Shown here: piece by piece, positions 17,956 to 26,136 of the stretch
Layout of the letters: each line of letters opens with the position of its first letter
Numbering within the stretch: the first letter of the stretch is position 1
NCBI RefSeq assembly: GCF_000017845.1
Contig: NC_010546.1
Location: 780,001 to 812,000, forward strand
Length of the DNA: 32,000 nt
Direction of reading: 5' to 3'
From: Crocosphaera subtropica ATCC 51142
GTDB lineage: Bacteria; Cyanobacteriota; Cyanobacteriia; Cyanobacteriales; Microcystaceae
Notes under the pieces: model-generated
Told to the model about the DNA's origin: nothing
Seen by the model: the letters and a program-made list of their open reading frames with translations, nothing else
Database searches by the model: none
Position numbers and translations under genes: made by a program

Positions 17956-18990
17956 TTAATAACGAATACGGGGATCGATGTAAGCGTTAATTAAATCGAT
18001 TAAAATACTTACGACTACGACAATAGCCCCAAAAAAGACCATAATTCCTTGTACCGTAGGATAATCCCTCACTGCGATCGCCTCGTACAACCGATTCCCC
18101 AACCCTGGCCAGGAAAAGGTCACTTCCGTTAACACCGCACCCCCCAATAGGGCTGCAAACGTCAATCCTAAGACGGTAATAACCGGGATAAGAGCGTTTT
18201 TAAGGGCATGAGCTAATAAAATTCGTCTTTCTGGGATACCTCTTGCCCTAGCAGCTTCTACATAGTCAGCTTGCAACGTTTGTCGTAAGTTTACCCTCAC
18301 CATGCGTTCAAAAATACCACTTAACAATAGACCCAAAGTAAAACAAGGTAAAATTAAATAGTAGACTGCGGTCAAAAATTGCCCCAAATTCCCACTAAAA
18401 AGACTATCAAGGGTATAAATGCCCGTCCAACCACTGGGAGGGGTTTGATTCAGAGGAAAACGGGTTCCTAGAGGAAACCAACGCAACTGTACTGCAAAAA
18501 TTAACTGAAATAGCATCCCTACCCAAAATATCGGCAAAGAATAAGTAATAATGCCAAACAGTCGTCCACCCACATCTACAGAGGTATTAGGGCGAGAAGC
18601 GGATAAAATACCGATAGTGACTCCAATAGCGATCGCTACAACCATACTATAAAAGGTCAATTCAACCGTAGCCGGAAAATGTTGGCCAATAATCTCCCAG
18701 ACGGACTGACCTTGACTGGTAATGGAGGTTCCTAGATTAAAACTGAGAAGTTGTCCCAAATATGCAAAATATTGCAACCATAGAGGTTGATTTAGCCCTA
18801 AACTCTCCCTCAAAGCTTCTTTCGTTGCTTCTGGCGCACGATTTCCTAAAATAGCATCAGCCGGGTCTCCAGGGGTTGCCCGCAACAACAAAAAAACTAG
18901 GGTAACAATCGTCCATACCATCAAAGGGGCTAGGAGAAGACGAGCTACTATATAATACTGTATCGCTTTAGAACGGGACATTATGAGCAA
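17956..18990 (-). CDS. ABC transporter permease (DppB/OppB type)
   Basis: It is a multi-TM protein with a conserved N-terminus (YIVARLLLAPLMVW...LRATPGDPA) and an EAA-like loop (YVEAARARGIPERRILLAHALKNALIP). The start may be Met 4. Confidence 0.85.
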   Translation of the reverse strand: MLIMSRSKAIQYYIVARLLLAPLMVWTIVTLVFLLLRATPGDPADAILGNRAPEATKEALRESLGLNQPLWLQYFAYLGQLLSFNLGTSITSQGQSVWEIIGQHFPATVELTFYSMVVAIAIGVTIGILSASRPNTSVDVGGRLFGIITYSLPIFWVGMLFQLIFAVQLRWFPLGTRFPLNQTPPSGWTGIYTLDSLFSGNLGQFLTAVYYLILPCFTLGLLLSGIFERMVRVNLRQTLQADYVEAARARGIPERRILLAHALKNALIPVITVLGLTFAALLGGAVLTEVTFSWPGLGNRLYEAIAVRDYPTVQGIMVFFGAIVVVVSILIDLINAYIDPRIRY

Positions 18991-19417
18991 TGATTCAATA
19001 TTTACATTATTATCTTAAGCTCAGTAGAAGATCCCCGCCAAATTTTTCCAGAAAATCCTTACCCAACTTGGCCAGAGATCAAAAATTCCCCATTTTATTA
19101 ATAAGAAGTATTTTTTTTAAGAAGGTTGTCGGATAACTAGATTTGGGAGCAATTTTTTTAACTTAGTCCTCCATTCTTTCTAACAATCTTCATCAAGATG
19201 TTATTTTTTGTAACGTGAATTCGGGATAAACTCAAAGGCTAATAAAATCGTTGCCTAAAACACCTATTATTTTGTTAAATATGATCTAACTCCGACCTCC
19301 GAACCTCTAACCCTGAACTCAGGTTTTTGTATTTTCTAGCATAGCGAATCTAATACAAAATATATATAATAAAAAACAAAGCAAAAGTTTTTTTGGGCAA
19401 CAGTTTAGAAGACATCA

Positions 19418-20038
19418 TTGATGATTTTTGATATGAAACTTTACTATTTATTTCTACCGTTAGGTATTATAGCGATCGCTTGGTTTGCTTTTGGTATTTA
19501 TCAGGCCAATAGTGCGCCACTTCCTGTGGGATTTCCCTCTCCTACCACCCCAGGAAAAATAGAAATTAAGCAATATCCTGCTTATCGTGCTGCTACTTAT
19601 CATTATTCAGGAAATCTCTCTGAAGCAGGAAGTCAAGCGTTTTCTTCCTTATATCAACATATTAGCAGCAACAATATTTCGATGACAGCACCAGTAGAAA
19701 CTCGTTATCCTTTGAATACCCTAGAAACTAACGAACAAACAGGGGAAGCAACGGTTTCCTTTCTCTACCGGAATACTGACATTTATCCCCAAGAAATTGC
19801 CGATAATATTACAGTTGAAGATATCCCTTCTATGAAAGTGGTAAGCTTAGGATTAATGGGAGGTTATTCCTATGAAAGTTATCAAAAAGGGTTAGAAAAG
19901 CTAAAAAATTGGCTATCAGAAAATCCGACTTATCAAATGGCAGGAAAACCTCGTCGTTTGTTCTATGATGGCCCATATAAACCTGATGATACGAAACGTA
20001 GTGAAATTCAAATCCCAGTCACTCAAGAAACTGACTAG
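19418..20038 (+). CDS. SOUL heme-binding family protein with an N-terminal TM anchor
   Basis: A TM segment (LFLPLGIIAIAWFAFGIY) is followed by a SOUL/HBP-like pattern (IEIKQYPAYRAATYHYSG...AFSSLYQHISSNNISMTAPV...RRLFYDGPY). Confidence 0.65.
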   Translation: MMIFDMKLYYLFLPLGIIAIAWFAFGIYQANSAPLPVGFPSPTTPGKIEIKQYPAYRAATYHYSGNLSEAGSQAFSSLYQHISSNNISMTAPVETRYPLNTLETNEQTGEATVSFLYRNTDIYPQEIADNITVEDIPSMKVVSLGLMGGYSYESYQKGLEKLKNWLSENPTYQMAGKPRRLFYDGPYKPDDTKRSEIQIPVTQETD

Positions 20039-20039
20039 A

Positions 20040-20993
20040 ATGATGAAAACTTTGACATTAAATAACGGAAACACCATTCCTCAATTTGGACTCGGAACCT
20101 GGAAATCAGACCCAGGAAAAGTGAAAAATGCAGTTAAATGTGCTTTAAATATTGGTTACAAACATATTGATTGTGCGCCTATTTATGGTAATGAGAAAGA
20201 AGTGGGAGAAGGATTAGCAGAATCTTTTCAAGAAAAGGTTGTGAAACGAGAAGACATTTTTATAACCTCAAAACTATGGAATAATCGACATTATAAACAA
20301 GATGTTATTCCTGGTTTAAAACAAACCCTAAAAGACTTACAACTGGATTATCTTGATTTATATCTCATTCATTGGCCTGTGGCGTTCAAACCAGACGTAA
20401 ATTTTCCCGAAGAGGCTTCTGCTTTACTGCCTTTATCCGAAGTTCCTTTAATAGAAACATGGCAAGGAATGGAACAAGCAATAGATGAAGGTTTGGTTAA
20501 AAATATTGGTGTTTCTAACTTCAGCATCAAAAAATTAGAAAATATCAAATCCAATTCTCGTATTCAACCTTCTATGAATCAAGTAGAATGTCATCCCTAT
20601 TTACAGCAAGATCAATTACTCGCTTACTGTAAAGAAAATGATGTAGCATTAACAGCTTATTCCCCTTTAGGTTCAAAAGATAGACCTGATTTTGTTAAAC
20701 ATGATAATGAACCCATTTTGTTAGAAAATCAAGTCATCAACAAAATAGCCCAAAAACATCAAGCAACCATAGCACAAATTTTAATCCAATGGGCAATAGC
20801 TAGAGGAACAGTGGTTATTCCTAAATCAGTTTCTCCCGAAAGAATAGAAGAAAACTTTGCAGCACAAAACATTATCTTAGACCCAGAAGATATGGAAAAC
20901 ATTAAAGCCCTCAATCAAAATTATCGTTACGTTGATGGTTCCTTTTTTGCCCTTTCTAATAGTAGTTATACCGTTGAAAGTATCTGGGCTTAA
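20040..20993 (+). CDS. Aldo/keto reductase (AKR1-like, NADPH-dependent)
   Basis: It has the canonical AKR N-terminus (MKTLTLNNGNTIPQFGLGTWK), the catalytic region (HIDCAPIYGNE, LDYLDLYLIHWP) and the C-terminal IPKSVSPERIEEN motif. I chose the start at ATG 20040, one nt after the SOUL stop. The ORF-track start at 19965 adds an overlapping extension with no AKR-like sequence. Confidence 0.9.
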   Translation: MMKTLTLNNGNTIPQFGLGTWKSDPGKVKNAVKCALNIGYKHIDCAPIYGNEKEVGEGLAESFQEKVVKREDIFITSKLWNNRHYKQDVIPGLKQTLKDLQLDYLDLYLIHWPVAFKPDVNFPEEASALLPLSEVPLIETWQGMEQAIDEGLVKNIGVSNFSIKKLENIKSNSRIQPSMNQVECHPYLQQDQLLAYCKENDVALTAYSPLGSKDRPDFVKHDNEPILLENQVINKIAQKHQATIAQILIQWAIARGTVVIPKSVSPERIEENFAAQNIILDPEDMENIKALNQNYRYVDGSFFALSNSSYTVESIWA

Positions 20994-21002
20994 TTTAACC
21001 TA

Positions 21003-21038
21003 GGGTTAGGTGAAGTTAGACACCTAACCCCCTTTTTT
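21003..21038 (+). terminator. Rho-independent terminator of the aldo/keto reductase gene
   Basis: The sequence is GGGTTAGGTG-aagttaga-CACCTAACCC followed by CCTTTTTT. It begins 10 nt after the stop at 20993. It overlaps the last codons of the convergent MscS-like gene. Confidence 0.75.
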
Positions 21039-22970
21039 GTGATGGTTGACTTCTGATTTCTGCCTCATTCCAAGGGTTGTAAAATCATAGCTAGAAGGAC
21101 TTTGAAATACCCTTAAATCAAACTGAGGAAGGATACAAAACATATGGTCAAAAATAGTTGATTGAACTTCCTCATAACGCGCCCAAGCAGTATCGGTACA
21201 ATAAACATATACTTCAATGGGTAAACCATGTTCAGTGGGATGTAATTGACGAACTAAAAAATAAGGACCGGGACTCACTTTAGGATGTGCTTGTAAATAG
21301 GCCATCATATAAGCACGAAATACACTAATATTGCTGAGCCATTTTTCATCAACAGGAGGCAGCTTATTTTTATGAATAGAATCTTGTTTAATTCGTTGAG
21401 ATTGTTCTTTAATTTCTTCTCCAATATAATCCATTTTGGAAAACCGTTCTAACATTTCTGGGTCGCAAAATTTAATAGAAGTCATATCAATATAAACTGC
21501 TCGTTGAATTTTTCTTACCCCAGATTCAAACATAATGCGCCAATTTTTAAACGAATCAGAGATTAACGCATAGGTAGGAATGGATGTAATCGTATTATCC
21601 CAATTAAGCACTTTAACTGTAAATAAATTGACTTCATCAATAAAGCCATCAGCCCCATATTTAGGCATTTCAATCCAATCTCCTAGGGCTATCATGCGAT
21701 TAGCTGCTAACTGTAAACCGGCGGTAAATCCCATAATAGAATCTTTAAAAATAATCATTAAAATTGCACTACCAGCACCCACCGCAGCCATAATATTGGT
21801 TAAAGGTTGATTAATGGATTTAGAAACAATAATTAAAATAAATAAAATAGCAATCAAAATATAAAAAAGTTGTACAAAAACTCGAATAGGAATGGATTTT
21901 AGCTTTTCTTGTGATTCACTAAATTTAACAATAATATCAAGAATTCGACTAATAATCAAAAAAGAAATAATAGAAGTAGAAATGGTAACAGTATTATCCA
22001 GTAACCAACGACCAATTTCATAAGAATCAGGGAAACCCCTGAGAATAAAACCCATACCAGGAAACCAAATAACAGCATGTCCTACTAATAATAATTTACG
22101 GTTCCAAAAGATAGACTTCTTATTTTTTTGACGTGGAACTAAATATTTCTGTGACGCTAATAAAAGCCAACTAGCGGTTATCATTAAAATGAGAATTCCC
22201 AAAGAAATAATACTTTGTTGCAAAATAGACTGGGGTTGACGGGATTTCCAAGCTTTCTCTAAAGCTTCATCAACTACTTTAGAACCAATTTTTGCTAACA
22301 TAGGGATGGGAATACCATAAAGCCTAGAATCTGCTGCTGTAATGGTCATCAATAACCATCTTTGTTGAAGTTCAGAATCACTATTGCTCGATTTACTTTT
22401 TGGAGAAATAACTAACACAGTTTCCTGATTAAGAATAGAGGGAAAAACTCCGATTTCATTAGGGTTAAGATTTCTTCTGACAATTTCATTAAGGGTATTT
22501 TCAATTCTTTTAACACGAAGTTGTAAAACATTAGGGTTTTCTTCAATATTTGCTGCAATGGGAAGCACAATACGACCATCTAGTTTGACAGCCCGATATT
22601 GGAGATTGCCTAATTTTCCTGATGATAAACTAAATAAACCCAGATCATATAATTCCTGTTCCTTTGTCAATAATTGTTGTGCTTCTTTGCCACTAATATC
22701 AAATTTTTGCATTAACGCTTGAATCTCAGGATTTCGGTGAATCCTTTGTACTTGAGACTCTTGAGTCTGTTGCGAAGAAGGAGAAGAGTTAGGAGAAATA
22801 ATAGGACTTTCTGCCATAACGATAGGAGCAATAGTCGTTATCATCAACAAACCAATACTAAAAAAAATAAAAATCTTTAAACTTAAGGAACGAAAAGAAG
22901 ATACTTTTTTGATCAATATTGTCTTTGATCGTTGCATCATTAAATTGATTAAGTAAAACGTCATCAACAA
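21024..22970 (-). CDS. Mechanosensitive ion channel, MscS family, with a large N-terminal extension
   Basis: The C-terminal half has the MscS pore and beta-domain pattern (IIFKDSIMGFTAGLQLAANRMIALGDWIEMPKYGADGFIDEVNLFTVKVLNWDNTITSIPTYAL). Several TM helices and a roughly 230-aa N-terminal domain after a signal/anchor precede it. The start codon is uncertain, with alternative Met codons within the first 12 codons. Confidence 0.8.
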   Translation of the reverse strand: MLMTFYLINLMMQRSKTILIKKVSSFRSLSLKIFIFFSIGLLMITTIAPIVMAESPIISPNSSPSSQQTQESQVQRIHRNPEIQALMQKFDISGKEAQQLLTKEQELYDLGLFSLSSGKLGNLQYRAVKLDGRIVLPIAANIEENPNVLQLRVKRIENTLNEIVRRNLNPNEIGVFPSILNQETVLVISPKSKSSNSDSELQQRWLLMTITAADSRLYGIPIPMLAKIGSKVVDEALEKAWKSRQPQSILQQSIISLGILILMITASWLLLASQKYLVPRQKNKKSIFWNRKLLLVGHAVIWFPGMGFILRGFPDSYEIGRWLLDNTVTISTSIISFLIISRILDIIVKFSESQEKLKSIPIRVFVQLFYILIAILFILIIVSKSINQPLTNIMAAVGAGSAILMIIFKDSIMGFTAGLQLAANRMIALGDWIEMPKYGADGFIDEVNLFTVKVLNWDNTITSIPTYALISDSFKNWRIMFESGVRKIQRAVYIDMTSIKFCDPEMLERFSKMDYIGEEIKEQSQRIKQDSIHKNKLPPVDEKWLSNISVFRAYMMAYLQAHPKVSPGPYFLVRQLHPTEHGLPIEVYVYCTDTAWARYEEVQSTIFDHMFCILPQFDLRVFQSPSSYDFTTLGMRQKSEVNHHKKGG

Positions 22971-23125
22971 GGGGAAAATAGAAATATTCGGCCAGCAGAC
23001 ATTAGTCCTTCATTATTCTAAATTAAATATCTATCAAATGTGAGATGCTTAAGGATGAATACCAAAAAAATTGGACTAAAATAGAACTATTCAAAGTCAA
23101 CAAATAACACACCAAAACCTAATTA

Positions 23126-24508
23126 ATGACAGAATCAACCGCAAAAGTTCAAGTAATTGGTGGGGGTTTAGCCGGTACCGAAGCAGCCTGGCAAGTGGCC
23201 CAAGCTGGTATCCCCGTAATACTGCACGAAATGCGCCCCATTCGTACCAGTCCCGCCCATCATAGCCAAGAATTAGCCGAATTAGTCTGTAGTAACTCCT
23301 TCGGTGCCATGTCCAGCAATCGCGCAGCCGGCCTTCTTCACGAAGAATTACGTCGCCTCAACTCCATCATCATCCAAACCGCCGATAAACACGCCGTCCC
23401 AGCCGGTGGTGCTTTAGCAGTGGATAGAGGGGTCTTTAGCCACCAATTAACCCAAACCTTACAAAATCATCCTTTAATCGAATTAAGACGCTCAGAAGTC
23501 CAGGAAATCCCATCAGACGGCATTGTTATTTTAGCTACTGGCCCCCTTACTTCCCCCGTTTTAGCTGAAAAGTTACAACAGTTCACTGGCATGGCTTATA
23601 TGAGCTTTTTTGACGCAGCCAGCCCTATTATTGTGGGGGACTCCATCAACCGAGACATCGCCTTTTTAGCCTCCCGTTACGACAAAGGAGAAGCAGCCTA
23701 TCTCAACTGTCCCCTCAACCCTGAACAATATTTACAGTTTCGTGACGAACTCTGTACCGCAGAACAAGCAGAATTAAAAGAATTTGAACGAGAAACCGCC
23801 AAATTTTTCGAGGGATGTTTGCCTATCGAAGAATTAGCCCAACGGGGAGAAGATACCATGCGTTATGGACCCCTGAAACCAGTGGGGTTATTTGATGCAA
23901 GGTTAGGAGACTTTCGTGATCCTGAAAACAAAGAAAAACGTCCCTACGCTGTTGTGCAGTTACGGCAAGAAGATAAACAGGGTAAACTATGGAATATGGT
24001 CGGTTTTCAGACTAATTTAAAATGGGGTGAACAAAAACGAGTATTTCGTCTTATTCCTGGTTTAGAAAATGCCGAATTTGTTCGCATGGGTGTGATGCAC
24101 CGTAACACCTTTATCAACTCTCCCCAATTACTTGATCCTACCCTACAGTTTAAAAGCCGTCCCACCCTGTTGGCCGCCGGTCAATTAATAGGGACAGAAG
24201 GATACACCGCAGCCTCAGCCGGCGGATGGTTAGCAGGAACCAACGCAGCTAGAATAGCATTAGGGTTAGAACCCATTAGCCTACCTTCTACGACGATGAT
24301 GGGGGCATTATTTGAGTTTATTAGTAGTGCGTCCCCGAAACACTTTCAACCTATGCCGCCTAACTTTGGTATTTTACCCGATTTACCCGTCAGAATTCGC
24401 AATAAACGGGAAAGATACGGGAAATATCGCGATCGCGCTTTAGCTGACTTAAATGACTGTCAAACTCAGTTAAATAATCATCAAAAAAATTCGGTAATAT
24501 TAGTGTAA
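23126..24508 (+). CDS. trmFO: Methylenetetrahydrofolate--tRNA-(uracil54-C5)-methyltransferase
   Basis: The N-terminus is a FAD fold ([21 protein letters not shown]) followed by LHEMRP, CSNSFG and [20 protein letters not shown]. These are the segments I recognise as TrmFO/Gid. The length is 460 aa. Confidence 0.9.
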   Translation: MTESTAKVQVIGGGLAGTEAAWQVAQAGIPVILHEMRPIRTSPAHHSQELAELVCSNSFGAMSSNRAAGLLHEELRRLNSIIIQTADKHAVPAGGALAVDRGVFSHQLTQTLQNHPLIELRRSEVQEIPSDGIVILATGPLTSPVLAEKLQQFTGMAYMSFFDAASPIIVGDSINRDIAFLASRYDKGEAAYLNCPLNPEQYLQFRDELCTAEQAELKEFERETAKFFEGCLPIEELAQRGEDTMRYGPLKPVGLFDARLGDFRDPENKEKRPYAVVQLRQEDKQGKLWNMVGFQTNLKWGEQKRVFRLIPGLENAEFVRMGVMHRNTFINSPQLLDPTLQFKSRPTLLAAGQLIGTEGYTAASAGGWLAGTNAARIALGLEPISLPSTTMMGALFEFISSASPKHFQPMPPNFGILPDLPVRIRNKRERYGKYRDRALADLNDCQTQLNNHQKNSVILV

Positions 24509-24514
24509 ATAATA

Positions 24515-24533
24515 GGGCGAATAACCTTCGCCC
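24515..24533 (+). terminator. Hairpin just downstream of trmFO
   Basis: The sequence is GGGCGAA-taacc-TTCGCCC, a 7-bp GC-rich stem starting 7 nt after the stop. There is no clear U-tract. Confidence 0.45.
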
Positions 24534-24575
24534 CTACGGATGCAAAAATACATTTTTTTGTGAGGATAATTTAAG

Positions 24576-25157
24576 ATGGTTGCAGCAAAAGAACACTTTT
24601 TTATGACTCCTGAAGAATATTTAGAACGGGAAGAAAAACAACCCTTGAAATATGAATATATGGATGGGGACGTTTATGCTATGTCTGATAATACTCTTCC
24701 TCATAATACTCTTGCTTTAAACATAGCTTGTGCGCTTAAAAATCATCTCAAAGGTAAGGGGGGCAAAGTATTAATATGTGGTGCTAAAGTACAGATATCA
24801 GAAAGAGGTCCTTATCATTATCCTGATGTGGTTATCAGTTGCGATGAAAGGGATAAAAAAGCTTTCAAATTCTTGCAACATCCTTGTTTAATTATTGAAG
24901 TGCTTTCTCCAAGTACCTAAGGATTTGATCGAGGTAAAAAATTTAGAAATTATCGTCAAATTGAAACCCTGAAAGAATATATTTTGGTGAGTGCTGATCA
25001 AAAATTAATTGAGTGTTTTAGACTGAATGATAAAAGGGTTTGGGAGTTGTACAGTTTTAGTGAAAATGAGAACATAAGATTAGAATCAATTGATTTTAGT
25101 TGTCCCGTAAAATTAATATATGAAGATGTCATCTTAACCGACGAAAACGAAGAGTAA
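24576..25157 (+). pseudogene. Uma2-family (DUF820) PD-(D/E)xK endonuclease gene interrupted by one in-frame TAA
   Basis: The ORF 24576..24920 ends ...CLIIEVLSPST*. The same frame continues without further stops as GFDRGKKFRNYRQIETLKEYILVSADQKLIECFRL...DENEE* to 25157. Together the two parts give a full-length Uma2 architecture (PDVV...IEVLSPST-x-x-DRG-x-K). The TAA at 24918..24920 splits the E and K catalytic elements. Confidence 0.75.
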
Positions 25158-25199
25158 TACAGTCTTATAGACTGTACAATTTAACTAAGGAGATAAATT

Positions 25200-25994
25200 A
25201 TGCTTTCCCCCTTTCCTGGAATGAATCCTTATTTAGAACTTCCTCTATTTTGGTCACAAGTTCATACTCATTTAATTGTTGCAATCGCAGATTATATGAA
25301 CCCGATATTGCGTCCCAAATATCGTATGTCTATGGAACAACGAGTTTATACAGATACTAATAATGATGATAATTTGGAATTAGTCGGTATTCCCGACAAT
25401 GTTGTTTTTACTCCGAGTTCAAACCCAACTGACACCTCATCCAATGTTGCGGTTGCACCCCCAAAAGTTCAACCCTTACCGATTACTATCCCCCAACCAG
25501 AAACCATTAAAGAATGGTATTTACAAGTTAAAAATGTCGAAACCCAAGAAGTTGTTACAGTGATTGAAATATTATCACCTAAAAATAAAAAAGGAGGGGA
25601 AGGAAGAAACAAATATCTAAAAAAAAGAGAACAAGTATTAATGAGTTTAACTCACTTGATAGAAATAGATTTATTGCGAAAAGGTGAGATAATGCCGATG
25701 AATATAGATGATAGAATCAAGTCAGCTTATCGTATTGTTATTAGTCGAAGCGATCACCGTCCCAAAGCAGAACTATACGCCTTTAATTTAGCACAAGAAA
25801 TTCCTTCTATTCCCTTACCTTTACAACCAGAAGATCAAGAACCGTTAATCCCATTACAAGACTTATTACACAGTCTTTATGAAAAAGGAAGTTATGATTT
25901 AGCAATTAATTATCAAAAACAAATATTAGAAGATTTATCCGAAACTGATCAAACTTGGATTAATAATTTATTACAAGAACAAGAGTTAATATAA
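25200..25994 (+). CDS. DUF4058 family protein (predicted PD-(D/E)xK nuclease fold)
   Basis: The N-terminal signature (PFPGMNPYLE...LWSQVHTHLI) and the internal VIEILSPKNK segment are typical of DUF4058. An AGGAG lies upstream of the ATG. Confidence 0.75.
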   Translation: MLSPFPGMNPYLELPLFWSQVHTHLIVAIADYMNPILRPKYRMSMEQRVYTDTNNDDNLELVGIPDNVVFTPSSNPTDTSSNVAVAPPKVQPLPITIPQPETIKEWYLQVKNVETQEVVTVIEILSPKNKKGGEGRNKYLKKREQVLMSLTHLIEIDLLRKGEIMPMNIDDRIKSAYRIVISRSDHRPKAELYAFNLAQEIPSIPLPLQPEDQEPLIPLQDLLHSLYEKGSYDLAINYQKQILEDLSETDQTWINNLLQEQELI

Positions 25995-26010
25995 ATCACT
26001 AGCTAAATGA

Positions 26011-26045
26011 CTGATAACTGATAACTGGTCACTGATAACTGATAA
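26011..26045. repeat. Heptanucleotide tandem repeat (CTGATAA x4 plus CTGGTCA x1)
   Basis: The units are ctgataa ctgataa ctggtca ctgataa ctgataa. The tract is intergenic, 17 nt after the DUF4058 stop. Confidence 0.85.
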
Positions 26046-26136
26046 TCCTATTGTCTTTACAAAGTTTTTACAGCTATGATTTTATTGATTTTGTATAAAA
26101 TAGAAAGAAGTCAAAAAAATCAGTTAATCTATCTAC

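Noticed and set aside
19965-20039. 25-codon N-terminal extension of the aldo/keto reductase overlapping the SOUL gene
   Set aside because: The canonical AKR N-terminus starts at ATG 20040. The extension is simply the alternative frame of the upstream gene's 3' end.
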